Counted from the stretch's first letter, positions 1-12,227 are shown. The stretch is DNA of 64,000 nt from Chiloscyllium plagiosum (GCF_004010195.1 NC_057752.1:10333737-10397736); one strand, 5' to 3'. The notes: generated by a model not told the origin, from the letters alone. Numbers and translations are program-made.

Positions 1-261
1 TTTTTTTCCCCCTTTTATAATTTAACCCCCACACTACCACCTAAGTGCGGTAGTGCTTATTTTATCCCCAGCACCCATGGTGTGTGTGCGCAGGTGTGAG
101 ACACAGTGAAAGACACAAAGTGCACAAATGTTTATTCAATTCCACCACCAGGAAGATAGGAAAACACCCGGGTGGACATTGCTGTTTATTTTTTTTTTAT
201 CTTTATTCAATTTCCACCACCAGGAAGATAGGAAAACACCCGGGTGGACATTGCTGTTTAT
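1..261 (-). repeat. Two tandem copies of an unclassified poly(A)-tailed retroposed sequence with duplicated flank
   Basis: tttattcaat(t)tccaccaccaggaagataggaaaacacccgggtggacattgctgtttat occurs at 131-189 and 202-261. T-runs at 1-7 and 189-198 read as A-tails on the minus strand, with AATAAA upstream. Confidence 0.65.
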
Positions 262-351
262 CTCTGTCAATCAGGGCTCCCTGATTGGACTAAATTAACT
301 GCCCCAATCAGGGAATGCATATTTTATGAAGTCCACCATATTTATGTCATT

Positions 352-1380
352 ATAATCACTCCAATTTTCCCATCTATTTTAGTGTAATCTGGAAACTTGG
401 CTCTAGTAATTTCTACCCTTGCATCCAAGTCATGAGTATAGATATGGCCTGAGGACTGAACCCATGGCATCCCACTAGTTACATCTTGCCAACCAAAAAA
501 GACCCATTTATTCCAATTCTCTGCTTTCTGTATTACCCCTAACCCAATTTGATCTTATCTTGTACATTAACCTTTTGTTCAGGACCTCATCAAATATTTT
601 CTGGAAGTACAGATATACTACATCTACAGAATCTCCATTATTCATTTTGCTAATTACATTATCAAAGAACTCTAGCAAATTAGTCAAACACGACTGACCA
701 TTCATAAAGCCATGCAGACTCTGATGGATTGCATTTTGACTTTCCTAGAGTCCTTACACTTCCTTATTATAGATTCTAACAATTTCCCAATGACGTACCA
801 TCTATAGTTTTCTATTGTCTGTTTCCCTCCCTTTTAAACTAAGGGTGTTATCGTAGTATTGTTTTCAATCGACTGGAATCTTTCCCATATCCAGAGAATT
901 TTGGAATATTATAAGCAATGGATCCACCATCTCTACTGCCACTTCCGTTAAGACACTAGGATGTAGGCCATCAGACCCCAGGAACATGTCTCCCTTCAAT
1001 CCCAAAGATTGGCTCAGTACTCTTTTTCCCTTGCAGTGATGATTGTTCTAAGGTTCTCCTTTGCTATAACCTCAGCATTACCTGTTAGTATTGGGATGGT
1101 ACCAGTGTTCCCCAGTGTGCAAACTGAAGCAAAATAATGATTTAGTATCTCCACCATTTCTGAGTTCCCTACTATTACCTCTCCAGTCTCAACATTCACT
1201 ATTGCTACCTTCTTCCTTCATACTTTTAGAAGCTTTTTCTATGAATGTTTATATTTTTTGCTTTTTTCATAATTTACCTTTGTTCTTTTTATTACTTTTT
1301 TTAGAAACTCTTTGTTGATCTTTAAAAGTTTCCCAATTTTCCAGCCTGCTACTGGCCTTTCCAACACAGTACATCTTTGT
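352..1380 (-). mobile_element. Degenerate CR1-clade LINE ORF2 fragment
   Basis: GQSCLTNLLEFFD...VDVVYL.FQK.FD.V and EILNHYFASV motifs, with frameshifts. Confidence 0.85.
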
Positions 1381-1813
1381 TTATGCTGAAGCAGGTAGCT
1401 TCATTACCGTCTCAGTAATGTATCAACAAATGTCCAGTTTTCACTCCAGGGTTTGGGCGTGCCTTAGAGTCAAGTCCACCTGCCCTGGGAGCAGAGCGTA
1501 GGATGCCCTAAGGCAAGTGATGTCAAGGCAGGTTGATTAGGAGGCTCACCTTAATTATCTGGGACATTTTTATTTGATTCATGGCTGGGTCAGCATTTAT
1601 TTCCGATCTCGTTGCACTTGAGCTGCCTTCTTGAAGCACTGCAATCCATTTGCTGTAGATAGATCCACAATGCTGTCAGGGATCCAGGATTTTGGCCCAG
1701 TGTCAGTGAAAGAATGGTGATATACCTGTATTTCCAAGTCAAGATGATGAGTGGCTCGGATTGGGAACTCTCAGGTGGTGATGTTCCCATCTACTGCCTT
1801 TATTCTTTTAGAT

Positions 1814-2083
1814 CATAGAATCCCTACAGTGTGGAAGCAGGCCATTTGGCTGATCGTGTCCATGCTGGCTCTCCGAAGAGCATCTCACTCAGGCCAACCT
1901 CCTTACCCTATCCCTGTAACCCTGCATATGACATGGCCAATCAACCTGATTTGCACATCTTTGGACTGTGGGAGGAAACCCACGCAGATACAGGAAGAAT
2001 GTGCAAACACTACACAGATCGTTGGCCGAGGGTCCCTGGCACTGTGAGGCAGCACTGCGAACCACTGAGCCACTGCATCACCC
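1814..2083 (-). mobile_element. HE1-type V-SINE nested in LINE
   Basis: tRNA-like head GTGGCTCAGTGGTTCGCAGTGC, core CCCACAGTCCAAAGATGTGC, HER1-type tail CCACACTGTAGGGATTCTATG. Confidence 0.88.
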
Positions 2084-2629
2084 TTTGATGGTAGTGGTTC
2101 CAGGTTTGGAAAGTGCTGTCTAAGGAACTTTAAGCATCTCCAGTGCATCTTGCAGCTAGCACACAGCACTGCTACTGAGCATTAGTGGAGGAGGGAGTGG
2201 ATGTTTGTGGATGTAGTGCCAATTAAGCGGGCTGGTTTGTCCTAGATGCCTTCAAGCTTCTTGAGTGTTTTTGGCTGTTACGTGTTCCAAGTTATTTGCT
2301 GAAGGATTTCTAGCCTCTGACCTGCTTTTGTAGCCACAGTATTTATACGACTTGCCTGTTCAGTTTTTGGTCAATGGTAACAGTGGAGCATTCAGCTATG
2401 ATAGTGCCATTGATTTTGAATCATGGCTGGATTCTCTCTGAATGGAAATGGTCATTGCCTTGCATTTGTGTGACACAAATGTTACCTGTCAGTTTAGAGA
2501 CCAAGCCTGGATAGCATCCAGGTATTGCTGCATTTGGACATGAATTGCTTCAGTAACACGAATATCCCACTTCTGACCTTATGATGGAGGGAAGGTTATT
2601 GATGATGCAGCTGAAGATGAAGGACGCTA

Positions 2630-4525
2630 ACTTGATTTGATTTATTACTGTCACATGTACCTTGGTACAGTGAAAAGTTTTGTTTTGTATACAGCATAGG
2701 CAGATCATACCATACAAAGTGCATTAGGGGAATAGAACAGAGCAAAGAATACATCATTACGGTTGCAGAAAAGGTATACAAAGAGCAAGATCAACATTAA
2801 ATTTAAAACTGACAGATTCATTCAGAAGTCTGACAACAGCGAGGAAGAAGCTGTTCTTGAATCCATTCGTACATGCACACATTTATATCTTCTGCCCAAC
2901 AAAAGTGGGTGGAAGAAAGTATAACTAGAGTGGAATGTTGGTTGGTTTCCTGAGGCAGCAGGAAGTATAGATGGAGTCAATAGACGAAAGGTTGGTTTGC
3001 ATGATGGACTGGGCTATGTTAACAACTTTCTGTAGTCTCTTGAGGTCTTGGGAAGAGCAGTTGCCAAATCATGTGTGATACATCCAGATAGAATGCTTTC
3101 TACGTGCATCAATAAGAGTCCTTGTGGACATGCTGAATTTCCTTAGCCTCCTGTGGAAGTCGAGACATTGTTGTTCATTCTTGACCATTGCGTCAACATG
3201 GGGTGAGCCAGGACAGATTTTTGATGATCATCATACCCAGGAACTTGACGCTCTCAACCATCTCCACCTCTGCACCATTGATGCAGACAGGGGCATGCCC
3301 TCAATTCTGCTTCCTGAAGTCAATGAGCAGCTCCTTTGTTTTGTTGACATTGATGGAGAGATTGTTGTTTTTACACCATACCACTAAACATCCTGTATTC
3401 TGCTTTATTGGTGTTTGAGATCCACCCGATGACAGTGGTATTGTCAGCAAACTTGTAAATGGAGTTACAGCTGAATTTGGCCATACAGTCATGAGTGTAT
3501 AATGAGTATAGTAGGGGGCTGAGTATACAGCCTTGTGGGGCACTGGTGTTGAGGATTGTGGTGGAGGAGGTGCTGTTGCCTTTTCTTTCTGATTGCAGTC
3601 TATGGGCCAGAAAGTAGAGGATCCAGTTTGGGGCGGGGGGGGGGGGGGGGGCGTGTGTCAAGACCTAGGTCTTGGAGTTTAGAGATGAGTTTGTTTGGAA
3701 TTATGGTGTTGAAGATGGAACTGTAGTCAATAAACAGGAGCCTAGTATAGGTATCCTTGTTACCCAGATGTTCCAGGGATGAGGGTAGGGCCAGGGAGAT
3801 GCCATCTGCTGTGGATCTGTTGCACCGCTAGGTGAATTGCAAAGGGTCAAGACAATTTGGCAGGTTGGAGTTGATGTGAGCCATGACTAACCTCTCGAAG
3901 CATTTCATAACTACGGAGGTCAGAGCCACTGAGCGGTAGTCATTGAGACGATTTTTCTTTGGCACCAGGATGCTAGCCGTCTTCTTGAAGCAGATGGGGA
4001 CTTCAGATCATAATAATGAGAGGTTCAAGATGTCTGCGTATATTCCTGCCAGCTGGCCTGCACAGAATCTGAGCACACTGCCAGGGACTCCATTCGGGCT
4101 GGTTGTCTTCTGTGGGCTCCCTCTCAAGAAGGTCTAACGTCTACAATGGTGACTATGGGTACAGGTGCATCTGAGGCTGTTGGGATAGATGACATTGTTT
4201 CATAGACCTTCTGTTCAAAGCAATTGTAGATTGCATTGAGCTCATAGGATAGGGATGTACTGTTGCCCACGACTCTCTTCGACTTCGCTTTGTAGCCCAT
4301 TATGTTGTGTAAGTCTTGCCACAAGCGACAGGTGTCCGTGTACTTTGTCTGGGTCTCAAGCTTAGTTTGGTATTGCCTCTTGGCATCTCTGATGCCCTTA
4401 CAAAGATCGTACTGAGATCTCCTGTAAACAGCAGGATTGCCCGACTTGTATGCCTCGGAACTGGACTTCAGCAGGGAATGGATATCATGGTTTATCCATG
4501 GTTTCTGGTTGGGGAACATTCAGAG
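2630..4525 (-). mobile_element. 5'-truncated Rex1/Babar-clade LINE nested in the older LINE
   Basis: FPNQKPWIN...[38 protein letters not shown] and NVNKTKELLIDFRK motifs. 3' tail AATAAATCAAATCAA at about 2645-2631. Confidence 0.88.
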
Positions 4526-5967
4526 TAACTTCTTTGGCAACCTGGGAAACTCCTACAGAAATGTTTTGGGCTGATACGGTTGAACTCCAATGATCATAAC
4601 TATTTTCCCTTGTGTTAGATATGACTTCAACCAACTTTTCCCTCTGATTACCATTGACTCGAGTTTTGCTAAAGCTTCTTGAAGCCAAATTTGGTCAAAT
4701 GCAGCCTTGATGTCCAGGGCTGTCACTCTCATCTTTGGAATTTAGCTCTTTTGTCTATGTTTGAGCCAAGGCTGTAATGAGGTCAGGAACTGAGTGGCCC
4801 CAGCAGAACCCATACTGGGCGTCACTGAGCAGGTTATTGCTGAGCAGATGCTGCTTGATAGCACTGTTGGTGACACCTTCGAACAGTTTACTGATGATCG
4901 ACAGTAGACTGATGGGGCAGTAATTGGCCAGGTTGAATTCATCTTGCTTTTTGTGTATGGCACATACCCAGGCAATTTTCCACGTTATGTTGGCTAGATG
5001 CCAGTGTTGAAGCTGAACTGGAACAGCTTGGCTAGGGGAGCTGCATGTTCTGGAACACAAGTCTTCAGTAATATTGCCGGAATGTTTTCAGCGCCCACAG
5101 CTTTTTCACTATCCAGTGTCTCCAACTGTTTCTTGACATCACATGAAGTGAACCGAATTGGCTCAAGATTGGTATCTGTGATGCTGGGGACCACTGGAGA
5201 CTACAAGGTGGATCTCCACTCGGCACTTCTGGCTGAAGATTGTTTCAAATGTTTCTGCCTTATCTTTTATACTGATGTGATTGGCTGCCCCATCACACAA
5301 GATGGGGATATTTGTGGAGTCTCCTCCTCTAGTGAGTTTATTTGCCCACCACCATTCCTGATTGGATGTGGAAGGATTGCTGAGCTTAGGTAAGATCCAT
5401 GGTTGTGGAATTACTTAGCCCTGCCTAAAATTGCTGTTTATTCTGTTAGGCTCACACACAGTCTTGTTTGGTAGCTTCACTGGGTTGACACCTCATCTTT
5501 AGGTGTGCCTGATGCTGCTCCTGACATGCCCTCCTTCACCTTTCATTGAACCAGGGTTCATCCCCACTTGATTTTCATGGTCGAGTGGGGAATATGCTGG
5601 GCCAGATTGTGTTTGAGTATGGTTTTGCTGCTGATGGTCCACAATGTCTCACAGATGCCCAGTCTTGCATTGCTGGATCCATTAAAAGGTTATGCCATGT
5701 TACACAGTGTAAGTGTTGCATACCATCAAAGGAGTTATTCTGAATGTGAAGGTGGGACCTCACCTTCACCAGACTGTGTAGTGGTCAATGATACTATCAC
5801 AGAAAGATGCCTCTGTTACAGGCAGCTTAGTGAGGATGAGGTCAAATATATTTTTTTCCCTTTTGTTGATTCCCTAACCATCTGCTGCAAACCCAGTTCA
5901 GCAGCTATGTCCTTTAGGACTCAACCAGTTTGCTGAAGAGTCGCTTTCGGTGATGAACATTAAAGTC

Positions 5968-6340
5968 ACAGAATCTTGACACTGCAGATAGAGGCTGTCC
6001 GGCCCATCGGGTCTGTACCTTCCCTCCAAACAGCATCCCACCCAGACCTACCACCTCTCCCTCCCCTCTTCCCCATAACTCCGTAATTACCATGGCTAAT
6101 CCGCTTAGCTTACATATCTTTGCACACTACGCAGCAACTTGGCATGTCTAACCAGCTAACCTGGACTACGAGAGGAAACAGGAGCACCCAGAGAAAACCC
6201 ACACAGACATGGGGAGAAAGTGCAAACTACAGACAGTTGTCCAAGGGTGGGATTGAAGCTGGATTCCTGGTGCTGAGAGGCAGCAGTGCTAACCGCTGAG
6301 AGGCAGCAGTGCTAACCACCGAGCCACTATTCTGCCCACC
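5968..6340 (-). mobile_element. HE1-type V-SINE nested in the LINE endonuclease region
   Basis: Same head, core and tail as the other copies. Small 23-nt tandem duplication in the head (gaggcagcagtgctaacc twice). Confidence 0.85.
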
Positions 6341-7901
6341 CAGTCTTCCACTCAGAATATATTCAGTGCCTTTGCCACTCTTTTCTAACTGGTACTGATT
6401 CATCAGCCAAGATGGGTGGGGGCACACGATAATCAGCAGGAGGTTTGAGAGGTCCAGAGTCAACACTAAGTTAAGCTCCCTCCCAACTCTGTAACTGCCA
6501 CCTCTGCTAGATCTGTCCTTGAGATCTATGATCTGGGATCCTACCCAGGTATGGCAATGGTATTGTCTGGGGGGACATCGTGTGCAAAGTATGATTCCAA
6601 GAGTATGATTCTGTCAGGCTGTTGCTTGATTGGTCTGAGACATCTCTCTCAACTTTAACACTAGCTCTCAGATATTGGTAAGGAGAACTTTGCACTGTTG
6701 ACATGTCTGAGATTGAGTTGTTGTTTCCGGTGTGTTGGTCAATGCCAGATGGCCCATTCAGTTTCATTTTTTAAGGCTTTTTACCAGTTGATATAACCAA
6801 GTGTTTCATTTGACCATTTCAGAAGGCATTTAAGAGCCATATTGCTGTGGGTCTGGAGTCATATCTACGTCAGACTAAATAAGGAAAGCAGATTTCCTTT
6901 CCTAAAGGACATCAGTGAACCAGATGGGTTTTTTTTCTGTCAATCAACAATGGCTTCACAGTCATCATTAGACTTTTAATTACAGCTTTTTATTGAATTC
7001 AAATTTCACCACCTTCCATGCATTCACATCTGGATGTCTGGATTACTAGTCCAATGGTAATACCAGTACCCCTTTGCCTCTCTCCAATATTACTACAGCT
7101 CCCCATCGTTTTCAAAATTATTTGGCCCACTAGTCCTCAACGCTACTCACCCTCCATGGCCAATTAAACCCTCCATCCCATCGCCATAGCTACTCACCCT
7201 GTATTCATCATCAGACGCCATCTGGAGATGACAAAAAACTAACAATTTAATGCAGCTCTTATTCCTACATTTTGATAGTGATCAAAAGCTCTCCTTATTA
7301 GATCTCATTTGAAGCTTTGAAACATTTTTATTAAAATAATTCTATTTGAACTCCACATTAAAGATAGCTAATCCTTTAATAGTCTATTTAAACTATGAAC
7401 TCAAAACCTTCTGAGAGATATTTTTCGCTTTTGAAACTCAGCTAAGCATTCAAAACGACAATGATAACCCTTGGGGAAATGTCATCAAAGAGCTACTGAA
7501 AATACACAATGAGCTACTACTTTTTTGTCAAACTTGTGCTTGTCAATCAAAGCAACTCAGCAGTTTTCTTTGTTTCAGTGACAGGAGCATTTAAAAACCT
7601 TCAAATCACGACAGTGGTACAGACCCTTCAAGAGGGTTTGTATCTACTTAATCAATTTGTGACCCTCCAATTGTGGGCTAAGGCCCGTTTTTACCTTTAC
7701 AACAGTCTGTTTGAACTCAGCACTGAGTTCAAATGGCCTTGCTGAGGCTTGGTTTGAATGGGCTTTTCCAGAGAATGACTGCCCATCAGCAATTTGACTT
7801 GGGAATCAACCGCACGAGGAATTCCGCTCGCTGTGCTAACTCCAACGCCGATCGCCTCAAAGAGACAAGCGCGAGCACGTCGAGGGGGAGAGCGACTAGG
7901 C

Positions 7902-7915
7902 TTGCGCATGCGCAA
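7902..7915. promoter_or_regulatory. NRF1-type binding site
   Basis: Perfect 14-bp palindrome TTGCGCATGCGCAA containing the NRF1 consensus TGCGCATGCGCA, ending 46 nt before the ATG. Confidence 0.8.
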
Positions 7916-7961
7916 CATAACACACTGGGTGAGGGTGCGGGAGCTGGTGGCGCGCGCAGTG

Positions 7962-8154
7962 ATGGGTTCGCAGGTTTCAGCTCGAGCTGGTCGGGGCCGC
8001 CTGAGGAAAGAACGGTCTTTGGATGCTGAGAGCAGTGAGGATTTACTGGGCGATGACAGACAGGAGGACATTGCGCGGTTCCCTTATGTAGAGTTTACTG
8101 GCAAGGACAGTGTCACCTGTCCGACCTGCCAAGGCACCGGCCGCATTCCGAAAG
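7962..8154 (+). CDS. TMEM106C: TMEM106C coding exon 1 (cytoplasmic N-terminus, MGSQVS...[25 protein letters not shown])
   Basis: ATG at 7962 in good context (gtgATGg). Encodes the TMEM106 family signature [21 protein letters not shown]. The MGSQ start and short N-terminus match paralog C rather than B or A. Donor AAAG|gtaaca at 8155, phase 1. Confidence 0.95.
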
Positions 8155-8371
8155 GTAACAAACGGCTTGCGCTTTAACAGGCACTGAAGTAGCGTTCGCG
8201 TCTCCTGAACTCCACAGAGCTGCTTTTCAGGGCCTGGAGGATCTGCCCCGCCCCGGGGCAGCTTTGAAACGCAACACGTTCCGTGCCAGAGCATATCCGT
8301 TGTTGTTCCTGGAAGGCGCGTTAACTACATGTGGCAATGCTGCTGATGTTTTTGTTCATCTTTAAAGTGGG

Positions 8372-8560
8372 TTGGCTGTGTCTCAGTTGCTGTCGGGGCG
8401 TCGAGAGCTCAATATGCCCCCAAAATAATCTGTTGACAGCCTAGTGCTATGTTGTGCCTGTGGACGTACTACTTTCTCGATGCGATGCTAAACAGGACTT
8501 TCTATCCCTTTGGGTGGATATGAAGCATGTAATCGTTTAATTATTGCTGTTGGACTTTGT
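8372..8560 (+). mobile_element. Possible highly degenerate Deu-type SINE
   Basis: A-box-like ggctgtgtctcagttg and Deu-like ggtggatatgaagcat. Weak similarity to 21400-21720. Confidence 0.35.
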
Positions 8561-11426
8561 CTCTCGAAGTTATATGACTGCACCTAAATGTACTTTAGCT
8601 TGGAATTTTGACGTTACTTTATCTCCCTATTTGATTTTTATCACACTTGTTTGTGCAGCCAAGTCTTTTGACTTGAGACTTCCCTGAGTCCATCTGCATG
8701 CATTTTAAGTGTTCTGGATCTGGGGTTATTTCCCCTAGCAATCTGTTTATACACTTGTACTTTTAGGGATTACCCCAGCCCACCCATGCCTCACTGCACT
8801 AATATTGTTAATCTCCTTCCTGTCCAATTCAACTTTCCTCACTGCCTGCTGGTGTCTCCCAGAGAAAGCAACTCATCTCTATCTCATTAACTCCTCCCAA
8901 ACTTGTCACTTGTGGACAAAGTATTTGCCAGTACACTAATTGTGGATAGCTGCATTAATATTTCCCCTGGCATTTTCTTCCTCTCGTCTCACTGTTTCAT
9001 TCAAAATCTTTATCACCCTGTCATGTAAAACTGCTGTTAAGGTTTCTGTACTGTGTGGCAAATCTTAGTAATTCCAATATCCATTGCACCTTGTATTTGC
9101 TGTCCAAGTGTCTCTCTCCATGCCTTCATTCAGGATGTAATGGTGCTGACTAGGTCTGCACTTATTGCCCATCTGGATAAGGTAACTGGGATTGTCAAGT
9201 TCCCAAATATGCGCTCACCTTGACCTGCTGTCTCATGGTCTTGCTCAACCCATTATACTAGTCACTAGTAAGGCCATCTTTGGCCTTCTATCAGTCTCTA
9301 CGTTTTGCTTTGTTCTCAAACCCTACTTCTCCCTGTATCTGAAATAAACAATGGTCCTAATTCGATCAATTTCACAATTGACAGGTCCAGCCTTCAAGCC
9401 TATTTGTGAAAAACATTTTTGCAGCTACTGATTTACTCAACTGCACGGTTATTTCCTTTTTGCCCTAGTTTCATCAAATCTTTCAATCTGGTCTGTTCTG
9501 ACTTCTATTCCTTTAAATCACTAAGGGTCACAGACTTTGCAACTTTCCCAATCTATACAAGGTGCAATTCTTTTCTCAGGCTTAGTGCCTGACTTTGGTT
9601 TGAGATTGCAAGACCTTTATTTGCCATTTTATCAAATAAGCATGCTTAAATTTAGCTTTGTGTATTGATAACCCTAGCTGGTCAACCAGCTCACCAGCTT
9701 CTGACAACTGAGGGGGAAATAAGTTTGGTCTGTCCCTCAAACATTCTCATACTCCAAGTGGCTCCCAGGTAGCTGAACAAAAGAGGCAGGAGGCCTTTAG
9801 ACTATGAAATGGTGACTAGTTACAACAATCAACCACTCTTTGCTGGCCAACTCGCAACTTATGCAAAGCCCCATGGGCCCCAGCTCATCTGCAGCTAGAC
9901 TTTTTTCCCCACTGCTTCAACCAACATGTTGAAGAATACATATGCAGTTTGTGACTTGATTTTACTCCCTGTATAATACCAAATCAATCCTTCAATGAGA
10001 AGGAATCCACTAGAATTAGAGACATTGGTACAGAACTAAGCTAGAGGTCCAACTTCCAATTGGAAGTTGTAGTTTGAGGTCAAGTGTTTTTGGTCTCATA
10101 TCCTCTTTGTAAGGGGAGCTGTAATTCCTTTCTTTCAAACACAATGTAAAATATTTCCACTTGTTTGAAAGGTGGCCTGAGAAAGTTGGGTGAAAATTAA
10201 ATGGGAGCAGGGGTTTAAGTGAGCAAAGGGTAGGTCTTGCCAAAATGGGTTGGGTGATTTAAAAATGCAGAGATGTGGAAACTGGCTTTATTTGATGGAA
10301 TAAAGCACAGGTTTAACTGTTCCAAGTTAACTTTATTAATCTGATCAATGCTTCAGGGAGTTCATGAGTTGGGGTTCTCAAGTGTCAATCACTTTAAGGT
10401 CTGTGGAAAGTACAGAAGGCAAGTAAGTTGAGCTTTGAATACCCCCTTGCATGTTTTGATTTTTTTTGTCTGTCTCTGGAAACCACTCTTTCTAGGTAAA
10501 TGTCTAGAGTTCATTTGTCAGTAGTCATATTTGCTGACACCATACTGAAATGCATTGTTTCTTGGAACATTATGACCAGTGAATTGACACTGAAACCCAG
10601 AGATTCCATTTAGTGCAAGTACTTTGGTCTGGTCAGGTCCAATGTTGTCTTGATTGAACAGCAGATGCTACCAACTGTCCACTTCGACAGAAAGGTAATT
10701 CTAGAACAGGAAAGAGAGAATTGTGGTGGCTTCAGGTTAATGCATTTAAAAAATCCCTTCAATTCTCTTTCCCCATCTGCCCCCCCACTTCCTCAGCCAA
10801 TTTGGGCTTAAGCAGGGCTTGGATTGGAACACCAGGCAGTTAGGACTGGTCACTTATTGCCAGCATAAACTGTCAATGGCCACATTCCCTGTCAAATCAC
10901 CAGAGTACTCGTGCCAATTCTGTTGTCTCCTGCAGTCACATCTTTCAGCACTCCTCTTGTGTTTCTAATAATCAATCCATTTAGTCCACGGAGCAATTGC
11001 AGCAATGCCATTTCCAGATGAATGTGTGGAAATTGTCCCAACTCTGAGGTGTGTTGACAATTGAGCCCCACTGTTCTACAAGTCATAAATGTGTAATTAC
11101 CCAACTAAAGCACCGAGATGACCAGTTGACCGACTGCTATTCAGGACAAATTCTTACCTTTTTTAACCTAACAGGAAAATACCCCACCCAAGTCAATTTG
11201 TTCTTTTAAGCAAAAAAATCACTAACCTGAGCTGTGAAATGCCCATCAATCATGATTAAATGGCAGTGGACTCGATAGGCCAAATGGTTAAGGATCTAGA
11301 CTTTTCTAAGGAGTGGGGTGAGGAACTTCTCTCTGTTCTCTGACTGACTACATTCTGTCATAATTGCTAAAACTCAATCTTCAGTTCAATAGTTGTGGGT
11401 AGATTTAGGTGGGTGAAAGGCAAGGT

Positions 11427-11610
11427 AAATTGCCACAGTCCTTTTTAGGACCAGTGCTCTCATTAGAACTGCCTGATGAGTTTTAACCTGAGGGTCATCA
11501 TCCTTCAGGTCAGGGGCAAAGTTGAGAAGGTGAAACTTTCTTGGAGCCCTCAGATGGTATGGCAAATGAGCCTATGCAGAGTGGCACAAACTGCATTTCA
11601 AGACATCTGT
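11427..11610 (-). mobile_element. SINE-like repeat (same family as 58280-58482)
   Basis: Reverse complement shares ttctcaactttgcccctgacctgaaggatgatgaccctcaggttaaa and the tail gactgtggcaatt with the 58.3 kb copy. Confidence 0.65.
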
Positions 11611-11909
11611 TGAGTCAATAATTTCACTCTTGTTGGATGAGTAGCATCCTCAAGTAACTGAAGAGTGCATGGAATTGGAGCGTGGCTTGTGATGTGCTTT
11701 GCAACTGGTTACATGATGAGACTCTTTGCAGTGGGGTTACTGGGTGAGTAGGTGATGGGATCAAATGTGTTCCCAGGGCTTAGTGCTGAGCCTCCTCACT
11801 TCAGTAATTGTTCTCATGAATTGAGCTGTGTGGTCTAGTTATCCAATAAGATGGAGAGCAGTAACAACAAGGGCAGGAGGATATAGAGGGGACTGATTGT
11901 CGTTTTGGA

Positions 11910-12185
11910 TTTCTTATTTTTGCCTATGGGTAGTTGCCCTTCAATTGAAGGGTAATTCTGTCATTTCAGAGCAGTTAGTCGCTACACTACTATTGGTCTG
12001 GAATTGTATGTAGGCAAGACCCAAGTAAAGATGACTGCTTTTCCTCACTAAAGAATGTTAGTGAACCAAGTGCATTTTTAAATATTCACTGAATTGAATT
12101 TTTGTTTCGCCAGTGGTCATGTTCCCTGAGCACTAGCCTGGGTCTTGGGACTCCAGGTCAGTGATTAGTACCACCACCTTGCCAT
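11910..12185 (-). mobile_element. Short tRNA-headed element (same family as 27160-27500 and the 5' end of the 1570-7085 LINE)
   Basis: Reverse complement contains ggttcactaacattctttagtgaggaaaag...cctacatacaattccagacc and the tail gggcaactacccataggcaaaaataag. Confidence 0.7.
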
Positions 12186-12227
12186 GTAAAACTGACAAAT
12201 GGAAACCCCATGCAGGGAAGTTTTGAG

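Larger units (their letters stand above)
1570..7085 (-). mobile_element. Near full-length degenerate CR1-group (CR1/L2-like) LINE with tRNA-like 5' head, interrupted by three younger insertions
   Basis: Minus-strand order: SINE-like head (7085-6790); APE remnants (KQQPD..ESY region near 6625; DFNVHH at 5967-5950); RT (APLAKLFQ, WKIA.V..IHKK, NYCPISLLSIISKLFEG, QYGF); tail GGAAATAAATGCTGACCCAGCC near 1600-1580. Confidence 0.85.
7800..8420. promoter_or_regulatory. CpG-rich promoter / first-exon region
   Basis: Sharp local rise in GC and CpG density against a CpG-depleted background, overlapping the start codon. Confidence 0.8.

Noticed and set aside
131..261. Direct repeats that could be mistaken for a CRISPR array
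   Set aside because: Only two 59-nt units with a poly-T spacer, in vertebrate context with no cas genes.
3628..3651. Long G/C homopolymer runs (also near 17802, 22049, 26291, 42653, 49717) as G-quadruplex elements
   Set aside because: Simple mononucleotide expansions, several inside TEs, with lengths unreliable in assemblies.
7871..7884. Possible CLEAR/E-box (TFEB) site for a lysosomal gene
   Set aside because: The sequence is GCACGTCG, not the CACGTG core.
7794..7961. In-frame upstream extension of exon 1 in the ORF track (MTWESTARG...)
   Set aside because: Starts at a non-ATG codon and runs through the promoter motif. Family homology begins at MGSQ (7962). The only upstream in-frame ATG (7908) lies inside the NRF1 palindrome.
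7697..8294. Overlapping antisense and alternate-frame ORFs of 83-124 aa
   Set aside because: Expected by-product of GC-rich, stop-poor sequence. No recognisable domain.
8700..10000. Suspected Gypsy-like integrase remnant
   Set aside because: Could not recover any convincing motif by eye.
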